DNA from: the human T2T-CHM13v2.0 reference genome, Homo sapiens
DNA length: 64,000 nt
NCBI RefSeq assembly: GCF_009914755.1
Contig: NC_060925.1
Direction: 5' to 3' (one strand)
The stretch's first letter is position 1; each line of letters starts with the position of its first letter. Made by a program: the position numbers and the translations under genes. The notes beneath the pieces are model-generated. The model ran no database searches. It was not told where the DNA came from and was given only the letters and a program-made list of their open reading frames with translations. Below, in pieces: positions 33,208 through 49,469 of the stretch.

Positions 33208-33554
33208 CTGTAATGTGAACCAACAGAGCTGGCATGTCTGCAATTTACATTGACTTCCTGTATCTCTCTCTTTCTATGGTCGGAGTCTAGTTAACAAATT
33301 TATCACACTGACTTTAAAGAAATGATCTGATATAACTTGCATGCTTTCTGAACAGGCCATTGTATCCATTCTGAACTTTGTTGCCCTAAAATGTGTTGCT
33401 GCACTGGAAAGAAAGAACTAGCTTGAGTTGGCTTGATGGATGAACAATTATCCTCTTACTTTCATTACAATCCTCTTACTTTATTCCAGAGATACCTTTT
33501 TCTTTTAATATTGGAGGATCTACTTAGCAAACTTTTTTCAAAGAAAATACTTTA

Positions 33555-33560
33555 AATAAA
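33555..33560 (+). terminator. Candidate proximal polyadenylation signal AATAAA (ZBTB8A)
   Basis: Canonical hexamer ~350 nt after the stop and upstream of all UTR Alus. Usage is not shown by the sequence. Confidence 0.35.
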
Positions 33561-33981
33561 TTCACCACAACCAAACTTTATGTAAGACAATTTCAAGGTG
33601 TTTCAAAAACACATAACTACCAATGTTTAATTTCACAGGGAACCAGTTAAGAGCACATTTAAGGATCTGGCAACCCACCTTACTAAACAAATTAGTCTTT
33701 CTATTAATTTGAGATCTGAAACAACCTGTCATTACTCTGATATCCTGAACGTTTAAGGATTATGGAAGAAGACTAAAGTGTTTGAAATCATTCATATTTG
33801 AAATTTTTATCATTAGCTTAAAAATTACTCTCAGTATTGTTAAAAAAAAAAAAAAGTAGAGGCTGGCCAAAGATTATATACAGATATTTTCTTAAAGCAG
33901 GAAACTAATGTTGCCTAAAAGTCAAGGTAGTTTGTGAAGACAATCTGTCAATATGGTTGTCCATCTCTCTAAAGAAAAGCA

Positions 33982-34282
<301 letters not shown>

Positions 34283-34735
34283 CTAGGAGGTTCTTACCAT
34301 ATGTGAGTGATTTCTAACGTTTATGTAGTGCTATATTATTTATAAAGTACTCTCTCATGTATTTTCTCAGTGAGGTGGATACTATCTCCGATTTACAAAT
34401 GAGGAAATTAAGGTCAGAAAGTCTGAGAGAGAAAACTGATGATTGGACAGGATCTGATTTTAAACAATCCTCTTTCAGCCTTCTCTCCCTGTATGTCTCC
34501 TGAAATGGCAAAGAATAGAAGTCAAACCTCACCAGTTGGCAGTCATTATAAAAATAAGCCAATCAGAATTAGAAAGTATGAAAGGAGGAATTGAATCATT
34601 TTCAACAACATACAATATCTTGATCTAGAGATTTTCAAATAATGCTAAGTAATGTCCCTACAGTACCTATTGGTATGTTTTTATGTCACGTTATTTATAT
34701 GTAAATTTAAAGTATAAAACTATTTGAACAAATTA

Positions 34736-35136
<401 letters not shown>

Positions 35137-35279
35137 CTTCTCCCCTGCATAAATTATGAAACATTCCAAAATTACAGCTAAATTAGAGAAGCATTGTTTC
35201 AGTTCTAAAGGTAAAATCTAAATATCCGAAGTAAAGAACTGAGCTTCATAAAGGTCTCTTCTGCAAGTTATCACAGTGA

Positions 35280-35638
<359 letters not shown>

Positions 35639-35929
35639 AATTTTACTGTATTTTTAAATGCCATGACATACCTCAAAATTATCCTTTTTATGTTACTATT
35701 TTCTCTTGTTCTTTCATTAATTATTGTCCTTGATACCAATTTCTAGGCTAAATTGGTTACTTTCTTTTAAAAAATTTAAAAATAGATGAATAACCACTTG
35801 TTTCATGGTACTTAATTGAGACTTTTTCAAGATTCCCCTGATGGCACATTTGCAGTTGCTTCAAGACTGGATGATGTGCATTGAGTTCTCTGTTCTCCCA
35901 ACATGGCTGTTCCTAAATCAGGATTCTGG

Positions 35930-36215
35930 TTTTTTTGAGACGGACTCTCGCTCTGTTGTCCAAGCTGGAGTGCAGTGGCGTGATCTCGCTCACCACAACC
36001 TCTGCCTCCCGGGTTCAAGCGATTCTCCTGCCTCAGCCTCCTGAGTAGCCGGGACTACAGGCATGTGCCACCATGCCTGGCTAATTTTTGTATTTTTAGT
36101 AGAGACAGGGTTTCGCTATGTTGGCCAGGCTGGTCTCGAACTCCTGACCTCGTGATCTGCCCGCCTCAGCCTCCCAAAGTGCTGGGATTACAGGCGTGAG
36201 CCAGCACGCCCGGCC
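35930..36215 (-). mobile_element. Alu (antisense) in the ZBTB8A 3'UTR
   Basis: Full dimer; TSD TAAATCAGGATTCT. Confidence 0.95.
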
Positions 36216-37529
36216 TAAATCAGGATTCTTAACAATTAAAGTGTATCTGAATGAGGAAGGAAACGCTTGTCATTCTCTAGTCTTACCCAATTAATACTGA
36301 CACCTTTTGAAATTAAAACCTGATTTTTTAGTTGTTGGAGCCAGTAGGAAAAATGGCTGATTTGAACTTTTTTCCTATAAATGAAGTAGTGCTTGCATGT
36401 GTGTACTCTAATGCACTTTAGTCTATGATCTAAATGTCCTTTTATGCTATTATCTTCTGCATGCAAACTTTACATACATCAGCATGAATATCCAACATTC
36501 ACTGAACACAGTGCCACCAGCACTTGTAATTGCCTTTTCAGAAATAATGCTTTCTCATAATTGTTTATAACGAGCATCAAACTATCCCCACAAAATGATC
36601 AAGTTCACCAAACTAGACAAAGAATCTGTTGTATCATTTTAACATCATAGAAGAACATTTAAGACATGTTTGTAAGTTGTAAATAATGACTCCAGTTATA
36701 GCATATATATCTAAGACGTTAGAGACCAGTTATTTTCTAGAGTGAAACTGTCTATTGATGATTGAGAAAATTGAATTCTTTGGTTTTTACATGTGGGCAA
36801 ATGTTACATAGGGGTATAATCTGTTTAAATAAGCTTTATTTATGCCAAGGATTTTTTTTTTAATATCAAGACTTGGTTAGACCAAAGTTTGCTCTTGCAG
36901 GAATGCCATTTATCAGCTTCTGAATGCCCTTCTAACTCCATTACCCTCAAGAGTGTCTGGGTATAGGATGAAGCATTACAAAAAGAAAGCACCACTGCAG
37001 TCATGCCTAGTGTCTGGGAGAAACAAAATGGACTAGACCTGCAGTTTAAAATAATTTAACCCGAGAAACTCTTCAAATGAATTGTTTCCTAAAGATGCTC
37101 AAATTTAAGGGATAAACTCTAAAATCAGAGCTGCTGTGGTTAAAGTCCCCCACAAACCTTTCCCCAGACACCTCTGCAGAACTCAGGTGCACAATGTTGA
37201 AAACCATGGAATTAGACAACTTCCTGAATTCCCTTTGAGCCTTGCAGCCTCATTTCGTTACTCCTGTTACTCACGGTGCTTATAAGCAGGTAACCATATG
37301 GTCTCTTAGTGAAGCAAATCACATCCTTAGCACATGATGTTCCTTCTATGGGTATCAGATCTTAAGACTTTTTAAAATTTAGGAACAAATGTTTCAATAT
37401 TATATTTTCAGTAATGCAATCAAAATAAGCATAGTTACTGTTTTCTGTACGGCTAAGTACTGCCTAATGGATGAAAGAAGTTTGGTGCTTCAATTATTTA
37501 TGAGCTCAGAACTCAATTCATTAAAGTTA

Positions 37530-38018
<489 letters not shown>

Positions 38019-38209
38019 TTAGATTATAAACCAGAAAGTTTTGTTATTTTATATAAGTGTATCAGTATTACTATTTATCATTTATATAGCATTTTATATT
38101 TGCAAAGTGTTTAATAATTTTTGTTATTCTTTACATATATATGAAATAGGACAGTTATCCCACATGAACGGTAAATAAATTGAGGCACAGAACAGTAAAA
38201 AAACCTCAG

Positions 38210-38569
<360 letters not shown>

Positions 38570-38709
38570 TCACATTTTCTGAATCCTAGACCATCAGCCT
38601 AATTCACTGAGGTGTGTTGTGTATCACTCTATTTTATAGATGATTTTATATAAGTAACAGTGGATTGTTTTAAAGCTGACGTCATTGTATGTGGATACAT
38701 TCTATATGG

Positions 38710-38715
38710 AATAAA
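38710..38715 (+). terminator. Distal polyadenylation signal AATAAA (ZBTB8A)
   Basis: Canonical hexamer with TGTA elements upstream and GT/T-rich sequence downstream (38760-38772). Confidence 0.65.
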
Positions 38716-38743
38716 TGTTATGTAAAGGATGTGACTTTAGTTA

Positions 38744-40410
38744 TGTCACAGGATCCTTAGGGTGTTGCTTTGCCACCAGCCAGAAACCTCTTGGCCGGTG
38801 GCTCCTCTGCTTGGGTTTTGCTTGTGCCTGCTGGGCTCATTCCACCCATGTGGACTGGCAGGCTGTGGTCCACTGGTGGTACCAGCCTGGATCTCATGCC
38901 TGCCGAGGGTGAGCCAGGCACGGAGTGACGGGTGTGTGAGTGAGCTAGCGTGGGGTCCGGCCACTGCACACAACCAGGCACACTGGCTGCAGTGGGGTGG
39001 ACAGCTCTAGGCGCTGGCACAGGCACCAGCTCCATGCCAGGCTGCAGCGGGACCAGACGTACTGAAAGCGGCTTCCGCTGCGGGCATCAGCATTTGGACA
39101 AGTGGAACGCAGTGGTGCCCGAAAGCTCAGAGATGCCGGGAACTGCAGACCCCCAAAGAGGGTGTTACAGCATGTCACACCATGGCTCAGGGAGCCCCGA
39201 GGTCTGGGCTGCCAGAAGGGCTGCAGCTCTTCTCTCCTTCTCGTCGCCCACAACGTGGTGAGCAGGGAGCATGTTTCAGCCCTGCTTGTGTTACAGCTCT
39301 TTCAGTCCACCATTTGGTGGGTCCCGAGTTCTTTTCCTGCATCCGAGAAGAATGAGGTACGCAGACAACTGGAGGGTGAGCAAGGCCGAAAGGAGCTTCA
39401 CTGAGCAACAGAACAGCTCTCAGGAGACCTGAAGTGGGTAGCTCCTTTCCACAGGGCAGAGAGGAGCTTCACTCTGCAACAGAACAGCTCTCAGGAGACC
39501 CGAAGTGGATAGCTCCTTTCCACAGGCAGGTCGACCTGATGAGTGTCCAGATGACCAGCTCTCACCCAAGAGGAGACCTGCAGGCAGGTCCTTTTAAGGA
39601 GACTCAAAGCGGGTAGCTCCTTCCTGCAGCTGGTAGTCCTGACAGCCGGCTGAGTCTGCTGAGACCAGGGGTTTTTATGGGCTCAGAAGGGAGGAAGTGC
39701 ATGCTGCTTGGTCTGTGGGTGTCCATGGGCAGCCCAGAAAACACCACAAGTTCTTACTCTAGCCCTGGACTCCACCAGGAACTGCCAGACCAACCCCCAG
39801 GCTTCAGGCATTCCCTGGCTTGAAGGGGGGATTTCACTGGGAACCCACCCTTTTCCACCCAGGAACCTGTCTGCCTCCTGCCATCAACATGCCCTCCATG
39901 GTGCCCAGACTGTGCCAAGGGGCGCCTGCAGGCCCAAACCAAGCCACCGTCATCAACCCCCTGACTGGCTTCCCTCCCACGCACATGGGTGCCCAAAGTT
40001 TAGAGGGGGCTGAGGTGGCAGGGGGCTGGCGTGTCAGTGCCACCTCTAGCATGCTCAACCTGGCCAGGTCACGACAACACCTAGGTTTGGCCCAACTTTG
40101 CTCTGCAACAGAGCAGGTGCAGGAGCAGAAAGAGGCCAGGGAATGGGAGCAGGCACTTCTGAGCCTGTGGGCGCTGGGAGCTTCCCAAGCCCTGAAGAGT
40201 GCAGGGATGCCCAGGTCTGGAGCCGCAGCTGGGCGGCTGCAGCTGTGCCCAGAAGTGTGGGACTCCAGCCCTGCCGATTCAGTAGGGGCAGGGCTCCTGC
40301 CTGTAGCCAGCCCCTGTGGGCTTCGTGGAGCCGTGAGCCTCAGCTGCGTTTCCCTCACTGCAGCTGGCATCGCAGCAGCGGCTGTTACAGACGGGCCACT
40401 GGTGCCTTTA
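38744..40410 (-). mobile_element. MER52-family ERV1 solo LTR (~1.67 kb)
   Basis: GC-rich; plus strand starts TGTCACAGGATCCTTAGGGTGTTGCTT and ends ...CAGACGGGCCACTGGTGCC, similar to MER52 termini as I recall them. 4-bp TSD GTTA at 38740-38743 and 40411-40414. Confidence 0.8.
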
Positions 40411-40932
40411 GTTACAAGAGTTTTAATGATAAAATTCAAGTTATCACAGAAATGGTAGTATATAGCCAGCTGTTTTATATATTGTGAAGTATAAGTAACA
40501 TATAATTTTGATACAGGAGTTTCTTAACTATTCCTGCTAATGGACCTATGAATAGGCCAGAAAAATGAAATCCACCGAGAATCTGTAAACTTCATTTTCA
40601 CGTCAGCCTTCTCCCCACAGAACTGTATTAATGCCACCAAAAAAGTAAAATATTTAAATATAATGTTAACAAGTAATGAACCACACAGCAATAGAAGCAA
40701 AGGGACTCTTGAAGTCAAAATATCTTGAAGTCAAAATATTTTGCAATTACTGAAATAGTATAACACTTTTCCCTACTCTTTCTTTTTTTTTTTTTTCTTC
40801 AAACCATCAAAATCCGTTGCATACTTTCTCACCTTTAAATAGGAAACCAGAGGCTGGGTACAGTGGCTCACACCTGTAATCCCAGAATTTTGGGAGGCCG
40901 AGGTGGTCGGATCATTTGAGGCTAGGAGTTCA

Positions 40933-41301
<369 letters not shown>

Positions 41302-41408
41302 TTATTTCCTTGTTGATATTACTTACAACTACTTATTTTCTTTATTAAAGAGAAACTTATTTTTATTCAGCCCATAAGGGAAAAAGGGAACAACATTTCT
41401 GCCTAGAC

Positions 41409-41525
41409 CAGAGATCCTCAACTTTGGTTGCACATTAGAATCACCTGTGGATCTTTTAAAATACAGATGCCTAGGCAAATCAGAATCTCGGGCAGGTGGG
41501 GCTTGGGTGTAAGTATTTTTGCAAG
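41409..41525. mobile_element. MER5A-type hAT fragment
   Basis: CTCAACTTTGGTTGCACATTAGAATCACCTG...ATCAGAATCTC. Confidence 0.6.
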
Positions 41526-41706
41526 CTAGGCTGGCTGGGCACGGTGGCTCACACCTGTAATTCCAGCACTTTGGGAGGCCAAGGCGGGTGGATCAGGAGG
41601 TCAAGAGATCGAGACCATCCCGGCCAACATGGTGAAACCCCATCTCTACTAAAAATACAAAAATTAGCTGGGTGTGGTGGCGCATGCCTGTAGTCCCAGC
41701 TACTCA

Positions 41707-41823
<117 letters not shown>

Positions 41824-42121
41824 CTAGGCTGGATACAGTGGCTCATGCCTGTAATCCCAACACTTTGGGAGACAGAGGTAGGAGGATTGCTTGAGCCTAG
41901 GAGTTTGAGACCAGCCTGGGCAACATAACAAGTCGCAGTCTCTACAAAAAATTTAAAAATTAGGTGGGCGTGGTGGCACATGCCTGTAGTCTCAGTTACT
42001 CAGGAGGCTCGGGTGGGAGGATCACTTGAGCCTTAGGATCACTGAGTGAAGGATGCAGTGAGCTATGATGGTGCCACTGCACTTCAGCCTGGACGATACA
42101 GCAAGATCTTGGCTCTAAAAA

Positions 42122-42170
<49 letters not shown>

Positions 42171-44542
42171 AAGCTTCCCAAAGTTTGTGACATGCAAAAT
42201 AGGGCCCATTCAAGGTTTCCCTCTGTCCTCCCCATATAGATGCCAAGGAGAGGCAGTAGGACTATTTGACCTTACAGTCCACTGGTTCTCAACCGTATCA
42301 TTAAGGAAAAATTTAAAAATAGAGGTGTCCAGTCCAGGAAAATATTTATTTTTGTAAAATTTCAAGACACACTGCATGTTCCATTATCTAAGGTTTTTAA
42401 TAGAGACAAGTAATATCGACACTCTAATAAAATAATGAGTAGTCTTAAAATACCCCATTTTTATTTTGGGATGCATTTGCATTTTATTTGATTATGGGTA
42501 TTGCATTCTGGGAATTCACACAGTATTTCAAACCAATAAAAGAACTATGTAATGAATACGTGACTGAAATACTACATACTGAAATTTTACAAGCTTTAAT
42601 ATTTTCTTTTTAAAGAAAGGAACCAGAACACTCCAAGCTCTGTAAAAGCTCAATTGCTACACTTTAGAATTCCATAAAATAATTGAATTAAGTCATTCTT
42701 TAGTTCCAGTTAAATGGAATACTAGAGAGGCAGGAAAATACTACTGTATTATTTAAAGAAGACTTCAGACGAATTTGGAAACAAAGCAAACTTCTCTTTT
42801 GCTTTATTTCTTCAAGAATTACCATTTTTAAAAAAAGCTTTAAAAATAAAACACAACTTTTAGATAGAGTACCATTTTCATTCCCACCTTGAAGGTTATG
42901 TTTGCAATCCATTCATGACAAGTATATCTCTTCAGTCTCCTGCAAAAAAGAATTTCTTCCAATGACAAAATGGTACTTTCTTGCATAATTTTTTTTTTTT
43001 TTTGAGACGGAGTCTTGCTCTGTCGCCCAGGCTGGAGTGCAGTGGTGTGATCTTGGCTCACACCTCCGCCTCCCGGGTTCAAGCGATTCTCCTGCCTCAG
43101 CCTCAAAGCAGCTGGGATTATAGGCATGGGCCACCATACCCAGCTAATTTTTGTATTTTTAGTAGAGATGGGGTTTCGCCATATTGGCCCGGTTGGTCTC
43201 AAACTCCTGACCTCAGATGATCCGCCAGCCCCGGCCTCCCAAAGTGCTAGGATTACAGGCATGAGCCACCATGACTGGCCCATAATTTTTTTTCTTTTTA
43301 TTTTCTTGCATAATTTTAAAAGGTTACATGCTGAGTCCAGGCACTGTGGCTCACACCTGTAATTCCAGCACTTTGGGAAGCCGAGGCAGGTGGATCACTT
43401 GAGGTCAGGAGTTCAAGACCAGCCTGGCCAACATGGTGAAACCCCGTCTCTACCAAAAATACAAAAATTAGCCGGGCGTGTTGGTGCACACCTGTGATCC
43501 CAGCTACTCAGGAGGCTGAGGCAGGAGAACCGCTTGAACCCAGGAGGCAACGTTGCAGTGAGCTGAGATTGTGCCACTGCACTCCAGCCTGGGCAACAAG
43601 AGTGAAACTTCTCAAAAAACAAAAGAAAAGATACTGTGCCTTTTGTTGCCTATCTGAATTGATTTTAAACTTTTTCTGTATACTGAGGAAAAAGTCCACA
43701 AAAAACCCAGGAGTTGAAAACCCCAGCTGAAAGTATTAGCACCACGTGTTAAAAAATGAAGGCCTTGAGATATGGCCACATTGGTTCACTCCTGTAATAT
43801 CAGCGCTTTGGGAGGCTGAGGTGGGAGAATCACTTGAGGCCAGGAGTTCGAGGCCAGCCTGGGCATCAGTGACATTCTACCTCCACCAAAAAAACCCAAA
43901 AAATTAAAATTAGGCGGGCATGGTGGCACAGGCCTGTAGTCCCAGCTATTTGGGAAGCGAAGCTGGGGCGGGAGGATCCCTTGAGCCCAGGAATTCAAAA
44001 CTGCAGTGAGCTATGATTGCGCCACTGCACTCCAGCCTGGGCCACATTGTGAGACACTGTCTATTAAAAAAGTAACAAATAGATAAAAAAGCCTGGGTTT
44101 TTTCTCCCTAAACAATGGATATCACGTTCAAGCAAGTGAACCCTCTATAAACCATGACTTTATATATTATTTTCAGGGATGACTATGCCAGTGAGCGAGA
44201 TTAAGGGGTAGAAACTCTTCCTTTTCAGTCCTGTTTTTCGTCACAACTACTTTTCCTGGAAAGTTATTCAGTCTAACAGCTAGACCCCCCTTCCCCCACC
44301 GCCCCCGTCGGAGAGGCCTGGGATTTACCAGACACTCCTAAAGCTAGATTAGCTAGACTCTGGGGGCGATAGGGGGAAATAGGCATTTTTCTGTCGTGTG
44401 TAGTGGACGCCTTATAAAAAGCCCACATTTGGCCCGGCGCAGTGGCTTACGCCTGTAATCCCAGCACTTTGGGAGGTCGAGGCCGGCGGATCACCTGAGA
44501 TCAGGTCAGTCTGGCCAACATCGTGAAACCCCGTCTCTACTA

Positions 44543-44701
<159 letters not shown>

Positions 44702-44749
44702 TCAGAAAAAAAATATAAAAATAAATTAAAAAATAAAAATAAAAAGCCC

Positions 44750-44920
44750 ACATTTGCCAGGCACCGACTAGATCCAGCACCGTCCTCATTTAAAACAGTT
44801 GGACTTGGGGGGTTGTGCACTGGAATGACTAACCTGGAAGCCACGCCACGACTCAGGGGCGGAGGGGACTCGAATCCGCGCGATCAGATGCCGCCGCAGG
44901 TGCTTAAGACCTGCAGCCTA
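44750..44920 (-). mobile_element. MIR relic (tRNA-derived head) inside the CpG island
   Basis: GTCCTCATTT...ACAG...ATGACTAACC...GGCGGAG-GGGACTCGAATCC...GCTTAA aligns by eye with the reverse MIR consensus. Confidence 0.55.
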
Positions 44921-45200
44921 CAGAGCAAGCCTATCTTATCCCCACTTTAGGAAAAGTTGTCTGGTGTTACTTAAGGTTATGACATTGTGCTCTGTGAAGT
45001 CACTTGCGTCCCCGACACCTCCCAACTCAGCTGGGACTGGCCAGTGCCCTGCTCCCTGACCTCGCCGCGGCGGCCAGTAGGAGGTGTCGGCGCCCCAGGA
45101 GTCCGCGGCCGAGCCAATGGGAGCCGCGAGAAGGGCCGGGGCGGAGCCTGGACGCGTGATGCCAGGGAACCACTCCCGTGGGATTTGGCCAGAGGCATCT
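44760..45200. promoter_or_regulatory. Orphan CpG-rich island with CCAAT box (45114-45118), GC boxes (44856-44865, 45138-45147) and a CTCF-like motif (45071-45089)
   Basis: Dense CpG outside Alu sequence (CCGCGG, ACGCGT, CGCGCG); motifs AGCCAATGG, GGGGCGGAGC and CGGCCAGTAGGAGGTGTCG. Confidence 0.7.
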
Positions 45201-45859
45201 CACTGGCGTCCTGTCGCCCAGGCTGGGGTGCAGTGGCTCGATCTCAGCTCACTGTGACCTCTGCCTCCCGGGTTGAAGCGATTCTTCCGCCTCAGCCTCC
45301 CTAGTATCTGAGATTATGGGCGTGCGCCACATGCCCGGCTAATTTTTTTGTATTTTTATTAGAGACGAGGTTTCACCATGTTGGCCAGACTGGTCTTGAA
45401 CTCCTGGCCTCATGTGATCCACCCACCTCGCCTCCCAAAGTGCTGGGATTACAAGCGTGAGCCACCGCGCCTGGCCTGAAGTGCAGGCTTTTGAATATAG
45501 ATGCTCAACGAAGATATGGGAGAAAGAAAGCTAGATTAGCACAGGAAAAAGCCACAGTAGATAAGTAGGAGACGGGAAATAAGTCTGGAGAAGAGAAAGG
45601 AGAGGGAAAAGCAGAAACGAGTGACTCAGCCTGCCCAGCTTAATAAACTAAGATTCTAGCTACCATGTCACTTGTGCAGATGGCACGGGCTCCCAGGGTT
45701 GTCTCTAGAATGATGACACCCCTTCACCAAGCACTGTGGACCTTCTTTAGAATTAAAGAGGGGGCTGGACACAGTGACTGACGCCTGTAATACCAGCACT
45801 TTGGGAGGAGGAAGTGGAAGGATTGCTTGAGGCCAGGAGTTTGAGACCAGCCTGGGCAA

Positions 45860-46554
45860 AATACTGCCTTTGCAAAATTATGACTGAGACAGTGGAAAGA
45901 GATCTAACCTGACTCCATCTTGCTTCTAACCTCCAAGCTATCCTTGTTCATTCCTGGGTGGAGGCTGAACTAACTTCGGGAGAAACTTATAGTTTATAGT
46001 TTAAAACAAAGATGATAACAGCCCTTTCCCAAAACAAACCTCCTTGCCTGGGGACTAGGCTGCCTTTGTAGGACTAAGAAATTAGCCACAAGATTAGAAA
46101 TTATGGTTTAGGATTCATGCAGCTGGAGGTTACAAAATCTTGACCCTCCCTAAACTGCTCTTCAGATCAGTGTTTGAGATATTTTGCAGACCCTGCACTT
46201 GATGGATCAGCTGGGACCACCCAGATCGATAAACTGGCTCATCTGATCTTGTGACCCCCCCCCCCCACACCTAAGAACTGACTTAGCGCAAGAAGACAGC
46301 TTCCACTCCCTATGATTTCATCTGTGACCTGACCAATTAGCACTCCCGGCTCACTGGTTTCCCCCCACCCACCAAGTTGTCCTTAAAAACTCTGATCCCC
46401 AAATACTGGGCAAACTTAATTGAGTCATAATATAACTCTGGTCTCCCGCAGAGCCAGCTCTGCGTGAATTACTCTTTCCCTATTGCAATTCCCCTGTCTT
46501 CATAAATCGCCTCTGTCTAGGCAGCAGGTAAGGTGAACCCACTGGGTAGTTATA
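45860..46554 (+). mobile_element. LTR8-type ERV1 solo LTR inserted inside an old Alu (Alu arms ~45763-45858 and ~46555-46710)
   Basis: GCCTTTGCAAAATTATGACTGAGACAGT...GACTCCATCTTGCTTCTAACCTCCAAGC start and ...GGTGAACCCACTGGGTAGTTATA end resemble LTR8. Confidence 0.8.
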
Positions 46555-46655
46555 CTGTCTCCCAAAAAAACAGCAGTCAGGCATAGTGACACATGCCTGT
46601 AGTCCCAGCCACTCAGGAGGCTGAGGCAGGATGATCACCTGAGCCCAGGAGTTTA

Positions 46656-46919
<264 letters not shown>

Positions 46920-47019
46920 TCACTTAAACCCAGGAGGTGGAGGCTGCAGTGAGCCGAGATCGCACCACTGTACTCCAGCCTGGGTGACAGACTGAGACTG
47001 TCTCAAAAAAAAAAAAAAA

Positions 47020-47169
47020 TGTTATGCCAGAGTCAGATTGGAAAGTAAGTCATGATATATAGGGTTAAATAAAACTCATCTGATGAAAATTTATGGTTTG
47101 TAGGGCATGATTCCCCAGACCCCTTAGATAGGAATTTGGGCAAGAAAAAAAATCAGAGCCTAGTCCTCA
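47020..47169 (-). mobile_element. MER4-group LTR 5' fragment
   Basis: Reverse complement begins TGAGGACTAGGCTCTGATTTTTTTTCTTGCCCAAATTCCTATCTAAGGGGTCTGGGG. Confidence 0.6.
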
Positions 47170-47194
47170 GAGCCCATGACTATAATGTCTTTAG

Positions 47195-47736
<542 letters not shown>

Positions 47737-47930
47737 TTATAGCCAGATAGTCTTAGTTGTCACTAATTTCCTCATTAATAAAAAGTAGAATAAATGTACT
47801 ACATGTAAAATTGCCGGTATGACAAATGGGTAACATTTTCCAGATGGAAGCACCTAGAAAAATGTTTTGTACAGTGGAGACCTGGATATGCATTTATGAC
47901 AAAATAAATGTTGGTTCATTCTTTTTTTGA

Positions 47931-48089
<159 letters not shown>

Positions 48090-48150
48090 TAGTAGAGACG
48101 GGGTTTCTCCACGTTGGTCAGGCAGGTCTCAAACTCCCAACCTCAGGTGA

Positions 48151-48592
<442 letters not shown>

Positions 48593-49277
48593 TAAACAAA
48601 AAAAATGTACATAGCACATTAGGAAATCATACTGATACAGTAATACAGTCACTAAATTCTGACAGTTTGCTCTGGAAGAGCTTTTGGAGGATATCTTTTC
48701 CAATGTCCTCGTTTCTGAAGTGAGGAAACTAAATTCTCAGTCTCATAGTTTCTCTGCGGCAAAGCTAGTATTGTTGAAATCATTCAGGGCTTCTTACTGG
48801 GCAGAATCTGGTAATCCCCAAGCCTTCTGCAGGTCAGATTGGGTGAGGGAGTAGCCCCAGTAGTTCATGATGGCACTGCTCCTGTCTTGAGAAGGGTATG
48901 AATGGTTCTCCTTGAACATTCTCTTCCAAACTGGAAAGAACTGGCAAAAGAGGCTGTGAATACAACCACTTAGCCATCTTAGATGGGAGGTACCAGTGAT
49001 AAGAGATCAGCTGGGTGTGGTGGCTCACACCTGTTATCCTAGCACTTTGGAAGGCCATGGCAAGAGGATCTCTTGATCCCAGGAGTTCAAGACCAGCCTG
49101 GGCAACATAGTAAGATCCCATCTCTAAAATAAAAATAAAAATGTTTAAAAAGATCATTGGCTGGGCGCGGTGATTTACGCCTGTAATCCCACCACTTTGG
49201 GAGGCCAAGGCGGGCGGATCACGAGGTCAGGAGATAGAGACCATTCTGGCCAACATGGTGAAACCCTGTCTCTGCTA

Positions 49278-49469
<192 letters not shown>

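Noticed and set aside
38715-40487. Cluster of 65-212 aa ORFs on both strands
   Set aside because: They lie essentially within a GC-rich solo LTR where stop codons are rare; they overlap in several frames and show no recognisable domains.
40707-40738. 16-bp tandem duplication TCTTGAAGTCAAAATA
   Set aside because: An ordinary slippage duplication with no sign of function; similar ones occur near 13152 and 60906.
44850-44945. Possible tRNA-Leu(TAA)- or tRNA-Sec-like gene on the minus strand
   Set aside because: The acceptor and T stems pair poorly, there is no convincing D arm or A-box, and the flanks align with a MIR. It is better explained as a SINE head.
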